Assembly: GCA_958009085.1 (NCBI GenBank)
Contig: OY253678.1
Location: forward strand, 682,001 to 746,000
Reading direction: 5' to 3'
Source of the DNA: Protoeuglena noctilucae
Lineage: Eukaryota
DNA: 64,000 bases
The first letter of the stretch is position 1; the number at the start of each line of letters is the position of its first letter. The notes under the pieces were generated by a model that saw only the letters and a list, made by a program, of their open reading frames with translations, was not told the DNA's origin and made no database searches. Of the stretch, positions 1 through 15,111 are shown piece after piece. The position numbers and the translations under genes are program-made.

Positions 1-1239
1 CCAGGTGCGCCTGGGGCCGTTGCGGCTGGCGTGCATGTCACCACGGGTCTCCCCCGTGTCGCTGCCCACCAGGGCGATGCCTTGGTATGCTTTCTCTGGA
101 CTCGCTGCGGCATTCAGACCCGCCTTGCCCTCCCCGCCCCCAGGATCGCCTTCCGCACCCCGGAGAAGCCGTCCGGCGAGCACAAGTGCTCGACCGACTG
201 CCCCATCTGCAAGGCCGCCGTGCCCCGCGCGACCGTGCCCCACCAGGCCCCCTCTCGCTCCGTTTTCAGCTTCTTCCGGCGCGCCGCCCAGGGCGCAGCA
301 CACGCCTTTGTCCCGGGGCCGAGCGCGGCCTCGCAGGCGGCCAAGAACGCGGCGCTGTCCTTCACGATGCTGGAGGCGCCGGAGCGGGCGTCGAGCACGC
401 CGGGCTCCCGCGGTCGCATCTCGGACGCGAGCAGCCCCGTGAGTCCTGCCAAGGAGGCGCTGGCGGGGCGGGCCGACGTGAGGCGCCGCGGCTTCCTGAG
501 CCCCGGCAAGCACGGCTTCGAGCGGCAGCGCGACCGACACGCGCCCGCGGTGGCCGAGAGCATGTCCGGGGTCAAGGTGGTCCAGGGCCGCTTCAAGAGC
601 ATCCTCGTCGCCAACATGCCGCTCCGCACCGACAAATCCAAGAAGGGCCTCCTGCCCTCGGCGCACCTGTCGGACGGCTGCGTCAAGGTGCTCTTAATCC
701 GGGACGTCAACACCATCGAGCATCTGTGCTACATGGCGCGGATGTCCTCCAAGGTGCGCGCGGAACGTGCCATGCGAGACGTGCTGTGGGCATCGTGCGC
801 GCCGTGCGACGATGACTGCGCCTCGCTGCGATGCTCCGACTTGCGTACCTCACTGGTGGCAAGTGCTTGTCCCTGTTGCGGAATTGGGGCGCAGCAACAG
901 GAAGCACCGTTGGCAGGCCGGGCACGGTCTCGATGCAGCCTCGCCGCCGCTGTCCCCGCGCAGGGTTTGACGCGTCCCATGCGCCGGCTGGAGTTGGTGG
1001 ACGCGACGGAGGTGGAGGTCGAGCACGTGGGGGAAGGGGCCATGAGCGCGTGGAACGTCGACGGGGAGATTGTGACGGCAACACGCGTGCGGGCCGAGGT
1101 CCTCAGCGGGCTCGTGCAGGTCTTCGCCAGGGGCCTCGACTGCGGTGAGCAGCGGCGCGGCGCTGGGGATGGCGTGGACCATCGGTGCGGCTGGCTGGTT
1201 CTAACTTCAACGCTTGGGCGGCTGTCATGGCGCGTTTGA
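1..1239 (+). CDS. CERK: Ceramide kinase (CERK/ACD5-like), 3' part; gene begins before the window
   Basis: Introns 5-143 and 754-963. Translation has the CERK-type CxxxCxxC motif (CSTDCPIC), 'GLLPSAHLSDGCVKVLLIR' and the C-terminal 'SAWNVDGE...GLVQVFARG' of the DAGK/sphingosine/ceramide kinase family. Exact stop uncertain (possible donor at 1147). Confidence 0.8.
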   Translation, partial: PGAPGAVAAGVHVTTGLPRVAAHQGDALVCFLWTRCGIQTRLALPAPRIAFRTPEKPSGEHKCSTDCPICKAAVPRATVPHQAPSRSVFSFFRRAAQGAAHAFVPGPSAASQAAKNAALSFTMLEAPERASSTPGSRGRISDASSPVSPAKEALAGRADVRRRGFLSPGKHGFERQRDRHAPAVAESMSGVKVVQGRFKSILVANMPLRTDKSKKGLLPSAHLSDGCVKVLLIRDVNTIEHLCYMARMSSKVRAERAMRDVLWASCAPCDDDCASLRCSDLRTSLVASACPCCGIGAQQQEAPLAGRARSRCSLAAAVPAQGLTRPMRRLELVDATEVEVEHVGEGAMSAWNVDGEIVTATRVRAEVLSGLVQVFARGLDCGEQRRGAGDGVDHRCGWLVLTSTLGRLSWRV

Positions 1240-2956
1240 CCACGGTTTCAATCACACTCTTTTCTCTTATCATGCGTCGTGAGCGTCAAGAGGCTGAGAT
1301 ACGCTCCTTGCGCGCAGGTTCGATGATATCCAGGTCGGTCGTATCAGTGTCTGGGCCGGAGGGAGGGGTGCGGAGGCCGGCCAGGCGATATCAGGCCCCG
1401 CCACAGTACTATCCGCAGAAGGTGAGGGCGCTGGCAAGGCAGCCGCTTGAAATGCCCTGCCAGTGCCTGGGGGGGCGATGGGAATGCAGGCGTTTGACCT
1501 TGGCGCCCCCTGCCTTTGTGAAATGCAGTACGATGCCTGAGGGGAGGCGTGGTTTTGGCGGATGCGTTTGCACAGCATGCTGGAGTACGTTGGAACATGA
1601 GAGGCTGCTAGAGGTGCTTTCGTTCGGCACACTTGCAGAGGGGTGCAGCCAGGCACAGGCCCTGCCCTCTCTCTGGCGCCAGATTGTGTTTCAAAGAACT
1701 TGCGCTGCATTTGGAGACGCTGAACACAACTCCTGACATGGAACGGATGGGCACGGAAGAGCTAAGTGATGACCTGAAACCCCACGCTTCAGCTATCAGC
1801 CAGCAGCCCACCTTGAGTGGGCCAAGCGGCAGAGTTTAGGGGCGCACTGCTCTTAGTTGGCCGGGCGTCTCGTCGACGCTGCACGAGCCAAGGCAGAGCG
1901 CACCGCAGACGACGCGGAGCAGGCGGCACATGCATCAGCAGTAAGCTACAGCATGGAGCAGAACTGTTGTGCAGAGTCGGTCGCTAGAGGCAAGAGGGGG
2001 GTAGCCGCGGCGCAGCGAGCAGTCGCGGACGCTCCACAAACGCGGATGCTCCGCGGATGCTATTGGGGCGGGGGTAGGGGTGAGGGTGGACGTATTAGAG
2101 ACCCAGCACGGTGCTTGCACCTCCATGACAACAGGCGCCATCTCCACAGCCAAGCAATCAAGCAGAACCCGCGTGACTCGTGAGCGTGGCTGCAGCTGTG
2201 CACTACCAACTCTCGCGACAGGGCTGGGCCTCAAGGGTGGCGGCGTCAGCATCGAGAGGCGAAGGGGCACGCGCTGGGCGACCCCAGCAACCAACTGCTC
2301 GGGTACGGGGATCGCCACAGTCGACGAGAACGGGAAACGAGAAACGGGGAACAGGACTAGGTGGGTCGCTCGCGGCGGGATGCTCCAGCGCGCGGCGTGG
2401 CAACGAGGCGGGCAGGTGTCTGTGCAAGGCCTTGCAGAAACGCAGCAGCGAGAGAGAGGAGGGCGAAGCGACGAGAGAGCGACTGCCAAAGAGCAAACCG
2501 AGCCGGTGGGTCGTCGGCGCCGCGCCTGAGCGCGCGAAGAAAGCTCTTGGGGCAAAGGCGGGCGCAACGACGGAGGTCGGCGGGCGCGCGGGCCGTGGGG
2601 TGCCAATCCTGCCGTAGATGAACCCATAGGGCAACGTGAACTCCACGGCCCGTCCCGTCCGCTCGAAGGTTGCAGCCGTCAAGGACAGCCGACGGCGAAC
2701 GGGCACAGTGGGGATGCTCCAGACTGCTTGGGGCGAAGAGGGCGGTGCTTGCTGACGGTCGAGCGGGAGCGCGTGCGTGCTGCACAGGCTTTGTCTGCAC
2801 AAGTGATGATGGAAGGGGAGCGGGCGCGCGGCCGTGTAACGCGACCAGCCTGCGCCTGGGGCGCCACGGCCGCGATTGCTGCGGGCGGTAGTGGGGTGTC
2901 GCCGCCGCGGCAGGCCCCGCCGGTCCGCGCGCGCTCCGCGCGTGCTCCGCGAGCTC

Positions 2957-5436
2957 TCAAATCCAGCGCGGGAACGGCGGGGGCCCGCCGACGGGGAAGT
3001 GGGGCCTGGGCATCCCGGGGAAGGGCGGCACGGGGAGCCCCGCCCCGAAGCCGAGGCCCGGGGCGGGTCCCGGGTGGAGCGGGGGTGCCCAGGGCGGGGG
3101 CACGAAGGAGGGCAGGGAGTTGGGCGCCGGCGGTGGCAGGCGGCTCCACAGCGCCGACACCGACCCCGGCGGTGGGTACGACGGCGGCGGGAGCTGCTGG
3201 GTGCCCAGGAGGGCCGAGTGGGCCGCGGCGAGCTGCTCGAGGAGGTTCTGCTCGCGGATGCTCTGCTCGCGGATCGAGTTGAGGAGGACGGCGGTGGACG
3301 GGAGCGGGACGCCGGCAGGAGGGACGCTCATGGCTGGCGGCAGCGGGCCCGGGAGGGGAAGCGACGGGCCGAAGGGGTTGGGAGGCAGCCGGGGGAGGTT
3401 CGGGAGCGGCGCCTGCGAGAGTGCGGGGCGGCGCTGCAAGGATCACGGTCGGGCCCGGCGGGGTGTGTCAAAGCGTCATGCCGAGGCTTGTGAGGCATGC
3501 CAGCGTGCCCGCCTGCTCCACTCGCCTGTCCCGGGAGAGGCCAGCGCGGCGGCGCCATGTTCGGCAGGCCCTGTGCGTCTGCGTGGGGGAGGGCGAGCAC
3601 AGCGTCACACTCGCGGCTGCGGCACACCGCTGCACCGCACCGTGGCGACCACGACCCCGAGGGGCGCCCCGGTCGCACAGCAGCGGCATTGCACCCACCC
3701 GCGGCAGCGGTCGGGGAGGGCTGGAGGCGCGCCGCCGTTGCCGCGGGCGCTGCCTTGTCCACTTGGGCCTTCTTGTCCGTCTGGTCCTTCTGGGAGCTCC
3801 GCGTCCTCCTCCGCATGTGCGCGATCATGTCCGCCACCTCAATTCCCTCCTGCAGACCAGAGAGAGCGGCGACGAGGTTCGACTTGCGCCGGCGGCATCG
3901 CAAACGGGCAGCCACGCCTTGGCAAGTCTCACCTCCTTCGCCAGCTGCTGCGCCTCGCGCTGCCGCTTCTTGCTGCGCGCCGCGGACAGACGGTTGTTGA
4001 GGATGCGCGCCGCGCGGGTCGGCGAGATGGTGGGGTCGTCCCGAGGGTCCGGCGCCACCTTCCTCCCGCCTGCACGCATGGGGCGTCCAAGACGCGCGTC
4101 AGACCCGCGCGCGCCGCGGCCGAAACCTCGCGTAACGTGCCGCAACCTCGCGCGCCGCGCACCGCGCTGGGACGAGGCGGAGAGGGACGGGTAGAGGGTC
4201 AGCTGCAGCTCTTTCAGATGGTCGGGAGGAGGGACTTGGTCGATGACGTCCACGCGCCGCGCCTGCCGTCGCGAGGCCATCTTGCGCTCGGCTGAGGCAT
4301 CCTCCGCGCCCGCCGCGGGCCCCTGGCCGGCCGTGACTTGCGTGCCCACAACTTGCTTCCCCTCCTCCGCCTTGACGCCTCCCTTCGGGGCAGCTGGCCC
4401 GGACGTGGCGTGCAGCAGATAGCCCCACAGCTCCTGCGAAGTCATCTTTTCGACCGCCGCGCGCTCCTGCTCCTGCAGGGGTGGAGCGCTCGCTCCCAGG
4501 TCAACAAACTCGCTGGGGCAGGCCGTTACGCCCTGCACGCCTCGCCGCGGCGCACCGTGATCTCGTGCGGGAAGTTGAGCTGGAACGGCTGGTCCATGAG
4601 GCGGTTCGCACGCAGCGTAAGGCGGTCGACCGCCCGTGCGGCCTCAACCTCCGTCGTGTAGGTCTGGGTCCGGCAGATGACGTGCGACGCCGTCTGCACG
4701 CAGGTAGAAAGCCGCGTCATTCGCCCGCGCCCTTCCCTGCTCGGTCTCCCTCCGCAGCAGTCGAAGCTGGCGTCGCCTGTTACCTCTTCCGACCCAGCTT
4801 TCACCCTCAGCCCGCCAAAGAAGGAGAGTCCACCATCCTTTGTGAAGACGGAGTAATATTGGGCCGAGGGACGCACAATCTGGCCGGTCTCGCGCCCGGA
4901 GACGGCGTTGGCGGGGTCGGAAACAGGGCCTGCATGGACGAAAGCATTATCGGTCGCCCCGCGCCGGCGGCTGCCTCCACAACGCGCACACCTTGTAGCT
5001 CCCATCGCGCCCAGCCGACGGGCGGCCAGGGAGCATCCGCCGGCGCACCTGGGACGGTGGACACGGGGTTAGACGCTGGGGCAGAGTCCAGAGTCCCGCT
5101 CGTGTGGTCCGCCGTGCCAGCAGGCTTGTCAGCACTGCTCTTTGGCGTGTAAGGTTGCTCGCCGCTCCTGGGACGCTGTGAGGACTGGAAACTGGAGGGC
5201 TCACAGGCCGCGGGGTCATTCAGGCCTTCAGAGTCCGCCCTCGCCCGCTCGGCGCGCTTTTGGTCCTCCGCAGGCTCCTGCGCGGGCACCGCTCCACGCC
5301 ACGATGAGATTCTGGACAGCTTTCGGGCAATGTCTGCGATCTGCGGGCCTATCGGACCCCACGCCGCAATTACTTGGCATGTTATGACGTTCCCCTCATC
5401 CTCCTCCGCGCGCCGTTCCCGCCCCTCGCTGCCCAT
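2957..5436 (-). CDS. Putative transcription factor: divergent AP2 domain, bZIP-type basic region, Pro-rich C-terminus
   Basis: Spliced reading gives 'SAQYYSVF...TQTYTTEVEAARAVDRLTLR...QLNFPHE' (AP2-like). An 83-nt intron (4473-4555) then leads to 'EQERAAVEKMTSQELWGYL' and 'DPTISPTRAARILNNRLSAARSKKRQ' (bZIP N-x7-K basic region). Pro-rich tail ends at 2957. Confidence 0.7.
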
Positions 5437-5679
5437 CGGGGCCAGCGAACAAATGGCTCACAGCAGAACAGCGGGACTTCAATCGGCACGCGCCGACGAA
5501 TTCTGGCCCTCACGGCGTTCAGGCGCGAGCGAGAAGGACGCTAGGCTGCGGTCGGACACGTCGAGGGCAAACCAAGGGTTCTGAGGCAACCTGCCGCTCG
5601 CGTCGATAACACTGTCGTGCATCTGGGCGATGAGGTTTTTTGCATCTCCTCACGCCGCTCTGCACGTTCCAAAAGAGGA

Positions 5680-7872
<2,193 letters not shown>

Positions 7873-8229
7873 TCAGCGTGCGCGAACTCGCCTCATGGTG
7901 GCTGGAGGAGGGACGGGTGCAAGTCACGGATCGGCGGCGCCTCTGCACGCTCTGCTTGATAGTTCCAACACGCAGGATTGGACGGCCATAATCAAATGCG
8001 GCCAGGCATGCGGCTCGTCTTGCGAGAAGGCTGTGCCAGCCATCACCGCGTCGCGGACGGCGCCTCTTCGGGAACTGAGCCAGGTACAGCTTCGATTCGC
8101 AACAATCATCCAGGGGCACGACTGGATTTTTTGAAGGGTCCCCTGCAGAGGGAAAGTTTGCGCTGCTCCCTGCTGGCAGCGTGAACGAAGCCGCTGTGAA
8201 GCAGAATGTCCGCGATTTAGGCTGCAGAT

Positions 8230-11200
8230 ATGAAGGGCGAGGTGGACTCGGAGGATGAGGACTTCGTCTTCTTCGGGACGCCCATCGAGGCACGTTTGGC
8301 ACCCTCGCGAGTTGCTTTGCCCGGGCCGACGCCCTGATCCGCGCACATGCACCCCCGGGCCCTCGCTTGCAGGTGGAAGAGAAGGAAGCAGGCCCGTCGC
8401 AGCGGAAGCAGGGACTAGGCTTTTGGCGCGACCCCGCGTCAACAAAGGTGATCATGCGCCGCCCTCGCCTCAGGGCAGGCTTTTCAGGCCGCGCGCGATG
8501 GGTGCCATGATCTCAGGATGCAACTGCGGCCTCTCAGCACCATCGCAGGCCCTGCCGGTGTGGGAGCAGACCCCGGTCGATGCCGAGGGACGTCGGCGCT
8601 TCCACGGCGCCTTCACGGGCGGTTTCAGCGCCGGCTTCTTCAACACTGTCGGCAGTGCGGAGGGATGGCAACCCAAGACCTTCGTATCCTCCCGCAGCAA
8701 CCGGCAGAGCGTCCAGCAGGTGCGCCCGGCGCTCGCCCTCGCTTCCCTCTGTCCCGCGCCCGTGCCCGCTCATGGTCCCGCTCTCCGCCCTCCCTCAGCG
8801 TGTTGAGGATTTCTACGACGAGGATGAGCTCGCCGAGTCCAGGAAGACCACGCTGGTGGCCAAGGTGAAGCAGCGGCGACGCCATCGCGTGCGTTCGCTG
8901 GGATCGCAACCCTTTCCACCTCGCGACCAGCGCCGGGAGATCGAGAGTGGGGAGCGCATTTCCGTGCGGGTCGATGATGACCAAAACTTGATCTTATCTA
9001 TGAATGGCTTTGCCTCCGGCCAGCGCCAGCGACCCGTGCTGCCGGACAGGTTGAAGCATTGTGTTGACTGTGCCTTACTGAGACCCATCGCACGCGTGCG
9101 TTCTCTTCCCATGCAATCCCCTTGCACGCTCGTTGAGACCCCGCACGTTGTCAGTGTCGCCGGTTCCCTCGCCAGCTGTGTGCCTTGCTTGCAGAACGAC
9201 TACGACACCTTCGGCTCTCACGCGGCGGAGGCGGCCCTGCGCGACGCGGACCGCGACCGCCAAGACCGGGACGATGGGCTGGACCTGCTGCCCCGGGAGC
9301 TGCTGCAGCCCGTGGCCGACTCGGTCGGCATTCGACTCCTCAACAAGGCGCGTGCAAGGGAACCATTGCCGGGCGTCGACGCGGATGCGCTCGCTCTGCT
9401 ATTGCCATGTTAGTGCTCTGCTGTTCAGACCGCCAAGACGGCACACAGCAGCGCCCTGCGACGCGCCCCTATCATCACGTGGGCCGGCAAGGTTTCTCAC
9501 TGGCATGGGCTTGGGATGGTTAACAATCACCCCACGTTGTTGTTGTGCTGCAGTTGGGATGGAGGCAGGGCAAGGGCATTGGGTTCTTGGATGACGAGGG
9601 AACGATGGGGGCCGACAACACGCCCCTGTGCCTCCTGCCACCTAAGACCAACACGCACGGGCTGGGGTACGACCCGTTCAAGGGAATGGAGGATTTCCGG
9701 CGAATGAAGGCCGAGAGGGACGCGGAGAAGCAACGGCGGCCCGAGCGGAGGCGGCGCGAGCGGGGCATGGCGTTTGGGACTGGGGTGTTTGATGAGGACG
9801 ACACCCTGGGGGGCGAACTGGACGACTACGTCGTTGAGGGTGAGTGGTGGCCTCCGCGAAGAGCCGAGGAGATGAGGTGGTGGCTGGCGGTTGCGTGACA
9901 CATGGTTCGATCTCGTACTTTAGACAGCGGACGCCCTTGCGTCGGCTAAGCGCTGGCACGCGTTGTGGCGCGTCTTGTCGGTGCTCTTTGGTCAGTCGGC
10001 TCGGCTCGGCTCCCAGGTCTGCGTGGCGTTGGCTTGCGTGCAGACGTGGAGGGTGCCGTGCCCAGGGTCATGGACCGGGGCCGGTTCGCCTTCTTTGAGC
10101 AAGACGATGGGTCCGACGAGGAGGGGCCTTCGGGGCGCAAGCGGGCCCGGCCGCTGCGGCTGGGGGGTGGCGAGGAGCGCAAGATGATTCTGGCGCCGGG
10201 CATGACGGACCCCTCGCACAGGTGCGTGGGGAGGTAGCAGATGCTGTTGGGGCTACAGTCCACTCTTGGTTCACTCTTGCGCCGCAGCACGATCTCTCCT
10301 ATGCACCGTGCCCTTCCGTGCCCTTCCATGCCATGTGCCGGTGCTCCACACCCGTTAGCACCTTACTCTGCGTTCTTGACTCACGCCCCCTGGCTGCGAC
10401 TTTCCCCAGGGGCCCGCGCCCGTCCTTCATCGCCGGCTTCACGGTGGCCTCCACCGCCGTGCGGCCCAAGTGGTATCCGCCCCCCAAGGTCCCCTCCTGG
10501 TTCGTCCCGAAGCACGTTTTCGACGACGTGTTCGAGCCCCCGCCTCTGCCCCTTTCCAAGGCCATGGCCCCTAAGGTCCCGCCCCCGCCCGCCCCGTCCG
10601 ACTCGTCTCTGCGCCAGGCCATCGAGACCCTCGCGCCGTACATCGCCCGCAACGGGCCCCAGTTCGAGGCCCTTGTGGCCCAGAGGCAGGGAGGCCAGCC
10701 CGCGTTCGCCTTCCTGTGCGGGGGCGAGGGCGCCGCCTACTTCCGGTGGCGCGTGCAGACGCTGCGCGCGTCGCAGATGGCCGTCGCTGGCATCGGGCGC
10801 CGGGCGGAGCCGCTGGTTGCGCCGGAGGAGGCGGAAGGGGCGGGGGAGGCCGGGCGGGTTGGGACGGCGGCGACGGCGGCAGCGGCGGCGGCGCTCGAGC
10901 CGCCCAGGGCTCCCGAGGTGCCAATGGGTCCAGGGCACCGGGGAGCGCCGGTGGCCATCGCGAGCATCGCGGAGGGCGACCGCGTGCGGCTCAAGCTGGA
11001 TCTGGGGAGCAGATTCCGCTCGGCGGGCGCCCAGGCAAGGCGCACGGCACAGCACTGTATAGCACGAAGCACACGAATCGATGCGATGCTCGTTTGATGA
11101 AGCCCATGCAATCTGTCGCACGAGCTTGTTGGAAGTGAACAAGGCTGCGACTGATTGAGTCAGGCCCGTTTCCCGTTCCCGCAGCCCACGGCGCTGCCCG

Positions 11201-12845
11201 TGGCGGGCCTCATGACAGCGGAGGACCTCAGGCGCATCGCGGCCGAGCGGGCGGGGACGAGCGCCACGGCACCCGCGAAGGAGGAGGCGCTGGCGGAGAA
11301 GAAGGAAGAGCAGCTGCGGAGCAGCGTGCGGTGCGTGCGGCTGTGGTGGTGGTGGTTGTGGCTGTGGTGGTTGTGGTCTGGTTTCGGTGCGGTTGTGGTC
11401 AAGCAGTGTCATTGTTTGAGCAAACGTGACCCTGCTCTGTCCGCAGCACGGTGGAGGATTGGCGGCCGGCCCCGCTGGTGTGCAAGCGCTTCAATGTCAA
11501 GGACCCTTACCAGGGCCGGAGCGAGCCGTGGGAGGCGTCTTCCAAGATGGGCACGGGATACCAGACGGACTTCATCGCCCTGCCAGAGACGAACGCGCAG
11601 GCCGCGCGGCAGGCGGACCAGCAGCGTCAGAACGCGCTTGTCGAGGAGGCACGGCGCAGGGCGGCGGCCGCCGTTGCCGCAGCACAGGCGCAGCCGCCGC
11701 TCCCGGGACCCCCGCCCGGTCCGCCCCCGGCGGCGCCTGCAGCGGCGGTGGCCGAAGGCAAGCCTCTCGGCAAGGCGCTACCCGCGGAGGCGACCGCAGG
11801 GGAGGGTGTCGGGTCGCCTGCAGCTGAGGGGCAGCCACTGGCACGGACGGCAGACGAGTTCCTGGAGAGCGTGTTCGGCGGCGGTGCGGTGGAGGCACCC
11901 CATCCAGGCGAGGGTGACGAGCGGGGTGGGGCGTCGGAAGCCCCCCCGGCGCCTCCTGAGGCGGTCCACTCATCTGCTATCCACCGTCCGCTCGACATAT
12001 TCAAGGCCATCTTTGAAGCATCAGACTCGGAAGACGAGGAGGTGGGGGCGGGCAAGGGTGGCGGGGGTGGTGGAGCGGGCGCGGCGGATGGGCGGGGCGC
12101 GGCGGCCAGCGCAGTTGATGATAGGACCCCGGGGGTGGCAGCGGAGAGCGTTGGGGGTGGCAAGGAGAGGGCAGCTGCCGGGAGCGGGCCGGCCTCACGC
12201 GATGGAAGGAGTGGATTGGGAGCCGGCGATGCTGGCGGCAGCGGGGGGGAGGGGGTGCGGGGTAACGGGGCAGGGGCAGGGACGTCAGGGGAGCTGCCCA
12301 TCCCGGCGCCGAGAGGGAGTGATGCTTTGCATCGGGGTCGCGATCCACTGGGGGGATCTCGTGTGGACTGGGACGCCAGGCAGGCGAGGAGCCAGGATCG
12401 TGACACTCGGGGCTCGCGTCATTGGGATGAGCGGGGAGGGCGGGGCGAGCGTGACGGACGCGGGGAGCGTGGTGAGGGGGACCACCGGGGCGATCGGGAC
12501 CACCGGGGCGAGCGTGAGGTGCGCAGGGGTGAGAGCAGCACGTCCAGCAGCGACAGCGAGGGCCCCGCCACGCCCCTGAGGGGCAGCCCTCCTCGCTCCG
12601 GGCCGTCCGGTCGCGACGCGGACCTCTTCCGGATCATCGAGCGCATGGAGGAGCACCGGCGGCGGCTGGGCAAGCGCGGGCGGTCCCCGACTCCGCCCCG
12701 GTCGCCGTCGGGGGAGCGGAGGAAACGGAAAGGGCGTGACAAGGATAAGGATAAGGAGAAGGAGAAGGAGAAGGAGAAGAAGAGGCATAAGGAAAAGCAT
12801 AAGAAGAAGCACAAAGAGAAGGACAAGAAGAGGAGCAAGGGGTAG
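8230..12845 (+). CDS. TGH: G-patch domain protein 1 / TOUGH homolog (splicing, small-RNA biogenesis)
   Basis: N-term '[12 protein letters not shown]'; '[27 protein letters not shown]'; G-patch '[17 protein letters not shown]'; SURP domain '[16 protein letters not shown]...FAFL...AYFRW'; '[17 protein letters not shown]'; '[10 protein letters not shown]'; Lys/Glu-rich C-terminus. Confidence 0.92.
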
Positions 12846-15111
12846 AGGGGTAGTGGTAGAGGGAAGCTAGGACAGCTGGGCACATCCTGGCTGTGGCGCG
12901 CTTAAGTCTGCCTGAGTTGCCGCCGTCGGCAGGGTTGTCGCTTCAAGGTCGCCGCGCGCGCTTTCACCAGCGCGCCACGGCTCACGCAGGTCCGCTGGTA
13001 GTAAGTGGGATGATGCTATTCCGGAATGACGTTCGTGCAAAGGGATGTCCAAGGGTCGGGTGTGCCCCCGATGCCTGTTAGCCTCATCAGGCATCAGTTG
13101 TCAACAAGTTCAGCACCACTCGTCCAATCGAGCAATGACGTCCTCCATCCCCAGGTCCTGCGGCAAAAGAGCAGGGATGACTTGTGCATTCACCAAGCAC
13201 TGTGCCAATGGTAGCCACTCGCCACGATGCCCTGTGGTCATGCCACAGGTCGTCGCAAGCAGGACGCGTTGTGCCAATGTTCAGCAGACCCCGCATGCTT
13301 CACGTCAACGTCAACCCCGAGGTCCTCACCAGCCGGCCCCCCTTGCTGGGTGACGGCGTGGGCACGCAGTCCGTCGCCTCTTCCAGCTGATCTTCCAACC
13401 TCCTTTTGGCATTCTGCGGGGGTGACAACCAAGGATCAACGAACGGCCCTTGAATGACCCCTTTCAACTGTCTGTTCAGAGCCCGCCGCACTGACGGATG
13501 CAGGGCGGATGAGGACGCGCCCAGACCGCCGATAGCATGTCAATGGCGCTGCTGCATGGCTGCTCGGTCGCAACGCACCTTGTCGATCGCCACATCGTCG
13601 ACGGGCACGACCCCAGGGGCCATGAGCCCATCCCCCGCCACCCCAGCTAACAACAGGCCGGCGCCCTCGGGGTGCTGGGCGCCGCGCATGGCGTCCAGGC
13701 CCGGACTGAACGCATCGTTCAGTCTCAGCGCTCCTGGTACCGCGGAGCTCGGCCCGCATCGCGCCTGCCGGCCGCCCATCTCACCCCCGCCCCCCATTGC
13801 ATCCACCAGGCACCCCGGCCCACCGCCCATGGAGCAACCCCGCTCGGATGCGCTTGACTGGGAAGGCCCCGGATCCTCCAACAGGCGCATCACTTTGTTC
13901 GGCTGCCAGCCAGTCTCCTGCGCACACGTCGCTCCACCCGACATGAGTTGCCGTCACAGAGATAGTGGCTCGGGTCGCCAGCGCGGCGCCCCGCCACCTG
14001 CGGGGACGTTCACGATCTCACCGCATCCGAAGAGGACCTTGGGCGCCGCGCCAGCGTCGGCGTGCGGTTCTGCACAGCGCGCAACCGAGTGACCGCGGCC
14101 TGCACGAGCCCTTTGGGCCCCGCGCCCGCCACGTGGGTCACGTCGCGCTTCCGAGGCGCCTGTGGGCGATCCCTCGCCACGTCGCTGCGACACCTGCGCG
14201 CGGGGCCGAGCCGCGGCGGGCCGTTCCGGGGGCCAAAGGCGCGCGACCCGGACGACGGCCGCTAGCGTGCGCGCGGGCGAGCATCTCCTGACCGCAGGGC
14301 GCCCACGCACCTCGGTACAGGAGTTACACTTTCCGCGCAACCGGCGTCGTCCGAAGTCCCCGAGGCCGTCCGGAGCAGGGGCGTCTCCGGGGCGCACCCC
14401 AGCGCTCCGCAATCGCCCTGCCGGGACGAGCACTCCCGCGGGGTACATACCCTGTCTCCTGCCAACCCCGCGGCGACCTGCAGCTCCGCCAGCGCCCTCC
14501 TGCAGACGCCGGGGCGTGGCGCAGTACACGTGGCGATCCAACCCCCGCTGCACCCGCGAGGGCGCGCCAGATGCAGCGGCGGGCCTCGCAGATCAAACGG
14601 GTGCATGACGGGAAGGGCTCGGCAGCGCGGGGTTCGGCTCGCAGGGAGCGGGCAGGCGCGGGGAGGGCCGTTGTTGCCCAGGGACGAGCCTCACCTGCGC
14701 GTCGGCCGGGGCGGCTTCCTCGACGCCGCCTCCCCCCCCAAGACTAATGACGCCTCGGACATCGCCAATTTGGCTGCGTTGTCCGCTTTGACGCAGCGGA
14801 GCGGAGGCGGGGCCCGTGGGGCGCCGTTCGAAATAGCCGCAGGCGGCAACGGGAGGCGGTTTGCCAAGGCAGGTTTCAGCGCATCTTCCGTTTGCCCGAA
14901 CGGGGCTGGCGGCGTTTCAGTCCCGCGAAGAGGCGGTCAGACGGACCTGACGTCAGGTCAGGGCTGCGGCCTGCTGGCGACCCTGGGGCCTGTATTGCTC
15001 GCGCTCGACATGCACGATGTGACAATTTTCTCGGGCTGCAGCGTGTCCTGGTCAACGCAGGGCAGAAGCAGCGGTAGAAGGCTTTTCTCTTGCTCCGGCA
15101 CGCCGGAGGCC

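Noticed and set aside
1240..2900. Possible small genes (plus-strand 1272-1736; minus-strand 'AVEFTLPYGFIYGR' near 2600-2690)
   Set aside because: No recognisable domain or consistent exon chain; cannot be supported without transcript data.
4533..4555. Apparent 23-nt micro-intron joining the AP2 ORF to the next ORF
   Set aside because: A normal 83-nt intron (4473-4555) with a better pyrimidine-rich acceptor gives the same frame and an AP2-typical continuation.
11340..11380. '[11 protein letters not shown]' peptide in ORF 11155-12579
   Set aside because: Translation of an intronic (TGG)n microsatellite in the TOUGH gene.
12900..14600. Possible minus-strand gene between TOUGH and Sas10
   Set aside because: Only low-complexity ORF fragments; no model could be built.
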